Shown: piece after piece, positions 9,774 to 17,212 of the stretch | How positions within the stretch are numbered: position 1 is the stretch's first letter | Layout: every line of letters starts with the position of its first letter | Virus record (IMG/VR): IMGVR_UViG_3300006118_000033 | Location: 1 to 28,632 of that record | DNA length: 28,632 nucleotides | Reading direction: 5' to 3' (one strand) | From: a virus | Taxonomy: Duplodnaviria; Caudoviricetes | The notes under the pieces: generated by a model | Told to the model about the DNA's origin: nothing | Seen by the model: the letters and a program-made list of their open reading frames with translations, nothing else | Databases searched by the model: none | Made by a program: the position numbers and the translations under genes

Positions 9774-10277
9774 ATGCAAATATTAACATTAGAAAACCGA
9801 ACTTTTTATCTTAATGATCTACCCGAAGAAGTAGACGATAATATGCGATTTAGCGTATTAGATAACAGCGATCCGTCAAATGCTGATTACTTCTTTATTC
9901 CTTTAATCTTCCTAGAAAGTTTTACATCACCTGCTGCTGTATTACAAATAGGTGATTATAAAATCACAATGCCTTTGGATTGGTGCACAATAGTCGGTGA
10001 TCCGGAAGGCCCGGATCTCGAAGTATTGCCTCTAACTAGCTTGAATGATCGAGGTTTTAAAACTTTTTGTTTTAATCCCTTAACTTCATTTAGACCAAAC
10101 TTTTTAGATATTGATATTATTGATGTATATCGAGAAGTTAAATGGTATTTTCCAAAAATGAAACCTGGTCAACTATTAACAACTCCGTTACATGCGGGAG
10201 AAAAGCCTATTTGTTCTTTCTTTGTCAAAGAAGTTAGTAGACAAAGTGAAATTTTAGATTATACAAAATGCTGGTAA
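9774..10277 (+). CDS. Hypothetical beta-rich protein
   Basis: 167-aa ORF tightly packed in the operon with genome-typical codon use. Confidence 0.8.
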   Translation: MQILTLENRTFYLNDLPEEVDDNMRFSVLDNSDPSNADYFFIPLIFLESFTSPAAVLQIGDYKITMPLDWCTIVGDPEGPDLEVLPLTSLNDRGFKTFCFNPLTSFRPNFLDIDIIDVYREVKWYFPKMKPGQLLTTPLHAGEKPICSFFVKEVSRQSEILDYTKCW

Positions 10278-10278
10278 A

Positions 10279-10530
10279 ATGAAGAATGAAGAAATTAAAA
10301 TAATCTTCGAAAGTCCCGATAGCGGTAAAACTACCTATGCTAGAATTGCCGGAACTAGTGATCGAACTGTAGTAGAGAGCGAAGATAAACCAGAAGATAT
10401 TATTGACGCTATTAAAGAAAATAAATTATGGGGTCAGATTAGACGGGCGGCTAAAAAGAATGAGGCATTGCGTTTAGCATTAGAACATGCTAAATTAATT
10501 TATTATTTAGGAAAAGATCATGGCGCTTGA
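10279..10530 (+). CDS. Hypothetical protein
   Basis: 83-aa ORF coupled to its neighbours; IFESPDSGKTTYAR motif. Confidence 0.75.
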   Translation: MKNEEIKIIFESPDSGKTTYARIAGTSDRTVVESEDKPEDIIDAIKENKLWGQIRRAAKKNEALRLALEHAKLIYYLGKDHGA

Positions 10531-10978
10531 TATTAAAAGAGAACTTGCTGCGGTTGATTCTCGGGATCATAAATTTTATGACGAGCTTACTGTTGAGGAA
10601 CAAAAATCTCTTAGCCCTTATGTATTGATGCGTTATATTAGTAATGTTGATTCTAATGATAGAGAAATACAAGAGTGGTTTGTAGAAATGACTAATGAAT
10701 TAGTCAATAAAAATCACTGGCAGTTAAGTAAAGAACACAAACCGCTTTTATGGAAATTAATAGCCAGTGTAGGAATCGGAAAAAGATTTTACCATCCGTA
10801 TTTGGCATCAGGTAAAAAAGAAAAACCTGTTAAAATAGAAAAACTAATTGCTGATTTAAATCCTGCTATGAAAATGGAAGAAGTTAAAATTTTAGCATCA
10901 TTAATGACTAAAAAAGATATTAATGAATTGTTCGATAGCTTAGGTTTTGATAAAAAGCAAAGAAAAGAATATGAATAA
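10520..10978 (+). CDS. Probable clamp-loader small subunit (T4 gp62-like)
   Basis: SPYVLMRYIS...N.L...LWKLIASVGIGKR pattern resembles gp62; replication context. Recognised from memory only. Confidence 0.5.
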   Translation: MALDIKRELAAVDSRDHKFYDELTVEEQKSLSPYVLMRYISNVDSNDREIQEWFVEMTNELVNKNHWQLSKEHKPLLWKLIASVGIGKRFYHPYLASGKKEKPVKIEKLIADLNPAMKMEEVKILASLMTKKDINELFDSLGFDKKQRKEYE

Positions 10979-11174
10979 CGTGAAAGATGTTTGTACTTGT
11001 TATCGTTGTATCGTAGAAAACGATATTAGAGAACCTATTAGTCAATTTCCTCTTTATTTAACTCGGGTAATAGTGTGTGAAGAATGTGGAAATAAAAGAT
11101 GCCCACATGCAACGGATCATGTTAACAAATGTACGAATAGTAACGACCCGAACCAACCCGGAAGTAGATATTAA
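10971..11174 (+). CDS. Small Cys/His-rich (zinc-binding) protein
   Basis: CTCYRC, CEECGNKRCPHATDH...C; ATG 10971 overlaps the upstream stop region. Confidence 0.7.
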   Translation: MNNVKDVCTCYRCIVENDIREPISQFPLYLTRVIVCEECGNKRCPHATDHVNKCTNSNDPNQPGSRY

Positions 11175-11869
11175 TGGTAGACTTGGTAGAACAACCATTT
11201 AACTGTGTGCATTGTGGAAAAAGTTTCATGAGAGAAAATACTCTTGTGGCGCACGTTTGTGAAAACAAGCGTCGAGCAATGCAAAAAGACGAGAAACGAG
11301 TGCAGGCAGGACTATTAGCTTACAATCGGTTTTATCAAGTAACTCAAAATGCTAGGAAAGTCAAGACTTATGAAGAATTTTGTAAAAGTTCTTATTATAA
11401 TGCATTTGTTAAATTTGGAAGTTTTTTAAATAATGTAAATCCATTATATCCAGAAAAATTCATTGATTATGTGATTAAAAGCGGAGTTAAGTTAGATCAT
11501 TGGTGTAAAGATGATTTATATGAAAATTATCTTTATAATATTTTGAAAACTGAACCTGTTGAATCGGCGGTACAGAGATCTCTTCAAACCATGATGGAAT
11601 GGGCAGATCTTAGTCAAGCGCAGTTTAATCATTATTTCAAGTATGTAAATCATAATCGAGCCGTTCAAGATATAAGAAATGGAAAGATATCACCTTGGAT
11701 TATTTTAAATTGTAAAAGTGGAAAATCAATGGTAGAAAGGTTCAATGATGAACATTTAAGCCTAATCTCACCTGCATTCGATGTAGCTTATTGGATTAAA
11801 CATTTTAAGAAAAATCCTGCAGATGTTGAATTAGTTAAAGAAATTTGTCGAGAGGCAGACCTAGAATGA
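11174..11869 (+). CDS. Hypothetical protein with N-terminal C2H2-like zinc finger
   Basis: FNCVHCGKSFMRENTLVAHVC; 231 aa in the replication operon. Confidence 0.8.
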   Translation: MVDLVEQPFNCVHCGKSFMRENTLVAHVCENKRRAMQKDEKRVQAGLLAYNRFYQVTQNARKVKTYEEFCKSSYYNAFVKFGSFLNNVNPLYPEKFIDYVIKSGVKLDHWCKDDLYENYLYNILKTEPVESAVQRSLQTMMEWADLSQAQFNHYFKYVNHNRAVQDIRNGKISPWIILNCKSGKSMVERFNDEHLSLISPAFDVAYWIKHFKKNPADVELVKEICREADLE

Positions 11870-12447
11870 TACAATGTGATGTAGATATTGATTTTGCAAA
11901 TAGAGAAGAAATTCTATCAATTTTACCTCATATAGCTGCATCACGTACCGAAAGAAATGAATTAAAAAAACATAATACAGGTATATATTTGCAGAAAATA
12001 CCTTTTAACCCAATAAGTAATATCGCTACCATTGATTATGAAACTGCAGAAAAACGAGGTTATTTTAAATTAGATTTTTTAAATGTTAGTGTTTATAAAG
12101 ATATTAAAAATGAAGACCATTTAATTAAATTAATGAAAAAGGAGCCACTATGGGATCTTTTACTTCAAGACGAGTTTGTAAATCTGTTATTTCATTTAAA
12201 GGGGCACGGGGATGTACTGAGGAAGACCTGCCCAACTTCCGTGGAACAATTAGCTGCAGTCCTAGCGATGATACGCCCCGCGAAACGTTATTTGATTGGG
12301 AAAGACTGGACTACGGTGATGAACGAGATCTGGGTGAAACCGGATAGTAATGAATATTACTTTAAAAAAGCGCATGCTATATCGTATGCGCTTTTGATCG
12401 TAGTTCAAATTAATCTTATATGCGAGCAACTAGAAAATCTTACTTAG
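11866..12447 (+). CDS. Minimal DNA polymerase III alpha (DnaE, family C) catalytic-core-like protein
   Basis: DVDIDF (cf. PDIDxD), KHNTG, YFKLDFL, LAMIRP, FKKAHAISY motifs; ATGA overlap supports start 11866 (193 aa). Confidence 0.8.
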   Translation: MIQCDVDIDFANREEILSILPHIAASRTERNELKKHNTGIYLQKIPFNPISNIATIDYETAEKRGYFKLDFLNVSVYKDIKNEDHLIKLMKKEPLWDLLLQDEFVNLLFHLKGHGDVLRKTCPTSVEQLAAVLAMIRPAKRYLIGKDWTTVMNEIWVKPDSNEYYFKKAHAISYALLIVVQINLICEQLENLT

Positions 12448-12823
12448 GTTTTCTAGTGCTTCTTACTAGCTGTATAGACTTACGTTTAACACGCTTTTCA
12501 GCAATTTCACTGAGATTAACTGTAGGACCAAATAATATTTCCAAATCTTTAGAATTAAAAGTTTTAATATAATTCCTAAAAAAAATCATATCTTTTTTTA
12601 AAAATATACTGATCGGTATTTGTCTATTGCTTTCCCACCACCAAATCTCACCTAATTCGAGCAATCTTTGTTTTTCTGCTTCGCTTTTAATACAGGTATA
12701 ATCATATATACTAGTTACATTTGAATCAGTGTTGATCACAATGCCTATGTATTCTATGTCTTTCGACTTTATACAAGTCAAAAATGGAAAATTTTTTTGG
12801 AAACTATCTTTTGATGTCGTCAT
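12440..12823 (-). CDS. Hypothetical protein
   Basis: 127 aa, WWWESNRQIPISIF motif; preceded on the minus strand by TATAAATA (12857-12864). Confidence 0.8.
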   Translation of the reverse strand: MTTSKDSFQKNFPFLTCIKSKDIEYIGIVINTDSNVTSIYDYTCIKSEAEKQRLLELGEIWWWESNRQIPISIFLKKDMIFFRNYIKTFNSKDLEILFGPTVNLSEIAEKRVKRKSIQLVRSTRKPK

Positions 12824-12829
12824 GTACCA

Positions 12830-12864
12830 TAAATATGTAATATGAAATTACCAGTCTATTTATA
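12830..12864. promoter_or_regulatory. Face-to-face late promoters: TAAATA (+, 12830-12835) and TATAAATA (-, 12857-12864)
   Basis: Both read directly; the minus-strand motif lies within the YLY codons of the 290-aa gene. Confidence 0.6.
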
Positions 12865-13714
12865 CCCAAATTTATTCGAAGTAATATTAGATTTGGATGA
12901 CAATAATAACAGGATTATACAAGTTATGTATCAACGCGAACTAAAATTACAAAAAGGTGTTAAAAATACCATACAAATACAATTTAAAAATAGCGATCAG
13001 AAGCTACTTAATGTTAGTTCCGGTAGTTTTGTAATGTCCTTGTTTGACACTGTAAATCAAAGAAATCTCATACAAAAAAATGTAATTATTGTAGATGATG
13101 GAATTACTCCTCTATTAAGAGGGTTAGGAAAGGTGGTATTTACTGAAAGTGATCTAGAATCCTGCGAAAGTACTTATTATAAAATAGGGTTTAAAGCATT
13201 GGACACTGATGGAAGTTATATTCCGGCATATTCTAATACGTATTATGATATGGCCGGCACTGTAGAAGTAAAACACGATCTATTCCCTACACTAGTCCCC
13301 AGTCAAGAAGTCACCAGTCAACAATTTCAAATGCATGTTAACTACGACATAAATGCTCAGCAATATGAATATTATTCGGGAAATTTAGATGCTAGCCCTC
13401 AATTTAAATCTAATAATGCACTACATACTGCTGCAATATATATGTCAAATTATACAGGAGTTGTAAGAATTGAAGGAACTTTAGAAAATGATCCTAATTC
13501 TTTTGGTAATTATGCTATAATTAATGAATCTTATTATAGTGCATTCACTGGGATTGATTATAAAAATTTTAATGGAATTTTTTCAAAAATAAGAGTTAGG
13601 TACATACCTGTAAAAAACCCAGTTACTAATACTAATAGCTTATATAGTGGACCTACAGCAGCACAAAATCTAGCATACGCAGGGTCAGTTGACAGAGTAT
13701 TGTATAGAAGTTAA
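12842..13714 (+). CDS. Hypothetical late protein, possibly virion structural (beta-rich)
   Basis: 290 aa, late promoter 6 nt upstream, N/Y/S/T-rich beta-strand character. Confidence 0.8.
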   Translation: MKLPVYLYPNLFEVILDLDDNNNRIIQVMYQRELKLQKGVKNTIQIQFKNSDQKLLNVSSGSFVMSLFDTVNQRNLIQKNVIIVDDGITPLLRGLGKVVFTESDLESCESTYYKIGFKALDTDGSYIPAYSNTYYDMAGTVEVKHDLFPTLVPSQEVTSQQFQMHVNYDINAQQYEYYSGNLDASPQFKSNNALHTAAIYMSNYTGVVRIEGTLENDPNSFGNYAIINESYYSAFTGIDYKNFNGIFSKIRVRYIPVKNPVTNTNSLYSGPTAAQNLAYAGSVDRVLYRS

Positions 13715-13717
13715 ACT
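13689..13717 (+). promoter_or_regulatory. sigma70 promoter TTGACA-17-TAAACT for primase
   Basis: Perfect -35 box, 17-nt spacer, -10 box ending 6 nt before ATG 13724. Confidence 0.7.
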
Positions 13718-13723
13718 TACTGT

Positions 13724-14719
13724 ATGAATCTCATACAGACTAGCTTAAAAACATTTCTGCCTGTGAAAAGAAAATCTACCAGTGGAGGATGGATTTCTTT
13801 TAATAGTCCTTGTTGCATACATCGAGGAGAAAGCAAAGATACTAGATCTCGCGGAGGAATAATGTTCACTGCGGAAGGATTTGTATTTTCTTGTTTTAAT
13901 TGTGGGTTTAAAGCTGGGTGGAGCCCTGGAAAACCGATTAGTAAAAATACTAAAAATCTTCTTAAGTGGTTGGGAGTTCCTGAATCCGAAATAAACAAAA
14001 TCATTTTAGAAGCAATAAAAGATAAAGAAACGATTACTGTTGAAAAGAAAGAATTTAATTTTATTTTACATGAAGAAACATTTCCAAATAATTGTTTTTC
14101 TTTTAGAGAACTAATTTCCATAGGGTGTGAAGAACCGGATTTTTTATCATGCTTATCTTATATAGAAGATCGTGGGTTTTCTGTTGATGATTTTAATTGG
14201 TATTGGTCTGCTGAAAAAGGATACCGAGATCGGGTTATTATACCGTTTTATTTAGAAAACAAACTGGTCGGATACACAGGTCGTAAAATTAACCCCGGAT
14301 CTCCAAAATACTTAACAAAAAATCAACACGGCTATGTATTCAACTTAGATAGACAGACATATGATCGTCAATATGTTATAGTTGTAGAAGGGCATTTTGA
14401 TGCAATAGGTGTTGATGGAGTTGCTATCATGACCAATGAGCCGAGCAAGATTCAATGTGCTAGAATCAACATGCTGGAAAAAAAGGTAATAGCAGTTCCT
14501 GATCGAGATCGTGCAGGTTCTAAACTATTAAAAGCTTCTATAGAAAACGGGTGGTCTGTTAGTTTACCCCCTTGGGAAGAAGATATTAAAGACGTTGCGG
14601 ATGCGGTAAAAAGATATGGAAAAGTTTATACTTTAGCCACAATATTGCATTACCAAGAAGGCAATAAGATAAAAATAGAATTATATAAAAAGAAACTGGA
14701 GAAACTTGATGACAAATAA
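13724..14719 (+). CDS. DNA primase (T4 gp61/DnaG-like)
   Basis: Zn finger PCC...CFNCG, RVIIPF, GYTGR, PKY, TOPRIM motifs VVEGHFDA, PDRDRAG, KDVADA. Confidence 0.92.
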   Translation: MNLIQTSLKTFLPVKRKSTSGGWISFNSPCCIHRGESKDTRSRGGIMFTAEGFVFSCFNCGFKAGWSPGKPISKNTKNLLKWLGVPESEINKIILEAIKDKETITVEKKEFNFILHEETFPNNCFSFRELISIGCEEPDFLSCLSYIEDRGFSVDDFNWYWSAEKGYRDRVIIPFYLENKLVGYTGRKINPGSPKYLTKNQHGYVFNLDRQTYDRQYVIVVEGHFDAIGVDGVAIMTNEPSKIQCARINMLEKKVIAVPDRDRAGSKLLKASIENGWSVSLPPWEEDIKDVADAVKRYGKVYTLATILHYQEGNKIKIELYKKKLEKLDDK

Positions 14720-16166
14720 AACTGATTATAGTTATGATGTTCAAAAAATCTATTTGGAGATGTTTTTAGGCGATGCCGAGACTTTCATTCGGTGCCAGAA
14801 TATTTTTCAGCCAGATAACTTTGATCAACGGCTTCGATCGGTTGCAAAATTTATGACAGAATATGTAGACCAATATAAGGTTATGCCAGAAGCTTCTATC
14901 ATTAATGCAAATTGCAAATCTGATTTAAAACCTATAGTTGCAGCAAAAGAAAACTATGATTGGCTGTTAGATGATTTTGAAAACTTTAGTAGACATAAAA
15001 GTCTAGAAAGAGCAATTATAGAAAGTAGCGATTTACTAGAATCCGGCGATTATGGTCCAGTAGAAAAGTTAATTCGAGACGCGATACAAATAAGTCTAAG
15101 TCGAGATATGGGCACAGATTATTGGGAAGATCCTCGTACCCGATTGATGAAACTTAAAGATAACAATGGTCAGATTAGTACAGGGTGGCCTAGTGTTGAT
15201 AGAAAAATTTATGGAGGGTTTAATCGGGGAGAAGTAGAGATCTTTTGTGCAAAATCAGGCGGTGGTAAGAGTTTATTCTTAGCTAATCTTGCAGTAAATT
15301 TTGCATTACAAGGACTTAACTGCATTTATTTTACATTTGAGTTAAGTGAAGGGTTAGTAAGTATGCGTATTGATAGCATGGTTACTGGGTTCGGGTCTAA
15401 AGAGATTTTTCGTAATATAGATGACGTTGAATTGAAAGTTCGTATGTTAGGTAAGAAGTCAGGAGCAATTCGTGTAAAATACCTCCCTTCTCAGAAGAAT
15501 TGCAATGATTTGAGGTCATATTTGAAGGAATATCAGGTCAAAACGGGACAAAAACCAGACGTAATTTTAGTGGACTACTTAGACCTTATGATGCCTCTAT
15601 CAATTAAGGTGAATCCTAGTGATCAATTTATCAAAGACAAATATGTATCAGAAGAACTACGAAATTTGGCAATGGATACCGGAACGGTACTAGTTACAGC
15701 TAGTCAGTTAAATCGAGGAGCAACAGAAGAAATCGAATATGATCATAGTCATATTGCAGGAGGAATTAGTAAAATTCAAACCGCAGATAATGTTATTGGT
15801 ATTTTTACCAGTAGAGCAATGCGTGAAAGAGGTCGTTATCAAATTCAATTTATGAAAACGCGCAATTCAGCGGGGGAAGGACAAAAGGTTGATCTAGAAT
15901 TTAATATCGAAACATTGCGTATTACGGATCTAGGAGAAGAAGCTGAAGAGAGTTTTAGTCAACAGAGATCGAATTCTAGTACTAGTAATATCATGGAAAA
16001 GTTTAAAAAGACCAGTACAGTCAAAGAATCCGAAGTTGATCTAGAAACTAAAGAAACGAGAAATGCAGATCCAACACATGGAACATCTGCTCCTAAGGTT
16101 AAAGGAGTGGTTGAAAGTAGTAGAATTCGTGCTATGTTAGCAAATTTGAACAGCGAAAAAGATTAA
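14709..16166 (+). CDS. Replicative DNA helicase (DnaB/T4 gp41-like)
   Basis: ISTGWPSVD, Walker A AKSGGGKS, FELSE, ILVDYLDLM, TASQLNR, MKTRN. Confidence 0.93.
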   Translation: MTNKTDYSYDVQKIYLEMFLGDAETFIRCQNIFQPDNFDQRLRSVAKFMTEYVDQYKVMPEASIINANCKSDLKPIVAAKENYDWLLDDFENFSRHKSLERAIIESSDLLESGDYGPVEKLIRDAIQISLSRDMGTDYWEDPRTRLMKLKDNNGQISTGWPSVDRKIYGGFNRGEVEIFCAKSGGGKSLFLANLAVNFALQGLNCIYFTFELSEGLVSMRIDSMVTGFGSKEIFRNIDDVELKVRMLGKKSGAIRVKYLPSQKNCNDLRSYLKEYQVKTGQKPDVILVDYLDLMMPLSIKVNPSDQFIKDKYVSEELRNLAMDTGTVLVTASQLNRGATEEIEYDHSHIAGGISKIQTADNVIGIFTSRAMRERGRYQIQFMKTRNSAGEGQKVDLEFNIETLRITDLGEEAEESFSQQRSNSSTSNIMEKFKKTSTVKESEVDLETKETRNADPTHGTSAPKVKGVVESSRIRAMLANLNSEKD

Positions 16167-16171
16167 TTTAA

Positions 16172-16200
16172 TTGACTTAATTTATTTTTAACTATATAAT
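16172..16200 (+). promoter_or_regulatory. sigma70 promoter TTGACT-17-TATAAT
   Basis: Near-consensus boxes; -10 ends 6 nt before ATG 16207. Confidence 0.8.
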
Positions 16201-16206
16201 ACACAT

Positions 16207-16752
16207 ATGAAAACAAATACTTTTTATTTAGATATGGACGGCGTAATTGCTGATTGGAACGCAGGCGTTAGAGATATTCTTGGGTATGTTAAAAAAGATC
16301 CTAATGCCCATTATCCTGATAGAGACTGGAACAGGATTAAGGATAATCAGCGAATGTATAGAAATCTTCCGATTATGCCTCGAGCAGGAGCATTGGTTTC
16401 TTTAGCTAATGCATTTAAAACACAGCTAGGTTGGAATGTTCTATTCCTTACGGCAGTCCCTAAGGGAAATGATGTTCCTTGGGCCTTCTGGGACAAATGT
16501 TTGTGGGCTCAAGATAATTTTCCAGGTATTCCTGTGCATTTCGGTCCTTTTGCTAAAGATAAGCATGTGCATTGCATTCCTGGCGATATTTTGGTAGACG
16601 ATCGGCGTAGCAACTGCGAAGAATGGCGTGCGGCTGGCGGAGTTGCGGTCGAAGTAGATGCAACTCGTTATGAGGATGCAATTAACGAAGTTAAGGCGTT
16701 ATTTGCTAATCACCTTGCTCAATTGCAGCTTGACGATTCAGACTCTCGATAG
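16207..16752 (+). CDS. HAD-superfamily 5'(3')-deoxyribonucleotidase-like protein
   Basis: Motif I YLDMDGVIAD, motif II FLTA, K, motif IV ILVDDR. Confidence 0.88.
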   Translation: MKTNTFYLDMDGVIADWNAGVRDILGYVKKDPNAHYPDRDWNRIKDNQRMYRNLPIMPRAGALVSLANAFKTQLGWNVLFLTAVPKGNDVPWAFWDKCLWAQDNFPGIPVHFGPFAKDKHVHCIPGDILVDDRRSNCEEWRAAGGVAVEVDATRYEDAINEVKALFANHLAQLQLDDSDSR

Positions 16753-16927
16753 CTTCTATTACACTTTCATGATCTGCGTAGAAAGCAAACCCTGTTTGGT
16801 CGTTTGCTGTTCTCCATTTTAAAAACCAAGAATCTCCAATCTCAGCAGCACATATAATCCATCCATATCGATTCATAATAGGACCGATTTGCCAGTAAGG
16901 TATAGGTTTAAAGTTGTGCGTAATCAT
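16706..16927 (-). CDS. Small hypothetical protein
   Basis: 73 aa; minus-strand TAAATA (16938-16943) 10 nt upstream; 3' end overlaps the HAD gene. Confidence 0.55.
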   Translation of the reverse strand: MITHNFKPIPYWQIGPIMNRYGWIICAAEIGDSWFLKWRTANDQTGFAFYADHESVIEAIESLNRQAAIEQGD

Positions 16928-16937
16928 ATCTTTTTGT

Positions 16938-16957
16938 TATTTAATATAAGATAAATA
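16938..16957. promoter_or_regulatory. Back-to-back late promoter cores (- 16938-16943, + 16952-16957)
   Basis: TATTTA and TAAATA in the divergent intergenic gap; the plus-strand copy heads the AAA/vWA operon. Confidence 0.55.
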
Positions 16958-16980
16958 ATTTATTGCTAGTAGGAACTATT

Positions 16981-17208
16981 ATGAATATTAATGATGTTTT
17001 AACTAATGTAAAAATTCCAGAAGAGAAAAAACCTAAAAAACTCGATAAAGTTAAAAAAGTTGTAGAAAACATTTCTGTAAAACCAAAGATTTCCAAAAAT
17101 AATGATCAAACACATGTTTATGGTCTAGGGGAAGGGTATGATAGTGTACTCGAAAGAATTAATCAACTACAACCGGAAGTTTACAATAGTATAAGAAATT
17201 TGGATTAA
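16981..17208 (+). CDS. Small basic hypothetical protein, first gene of the AAA operon
   Basis: SD AGGA precedes ATG 16981; stop lies 4 nt before the AAA ATG. Confidence 0.6.
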   Translation: MNINDVLTNVKIPEEKKPKKLDKVKKVVENISVKPKISKNNDQTHVYGLGEGYDSVLERINQLQPEVYNSIRNLD

Positions 17209-17212
17209 AAAA

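Noticed and set aside
85-16166. Inteins or introns in terminase, UvsX, UvsW, primase or helicase
   Set aside because: Lengths and motif spacing are normal, with no C/S...HN splice junctions or homing-endonuclease motifs.
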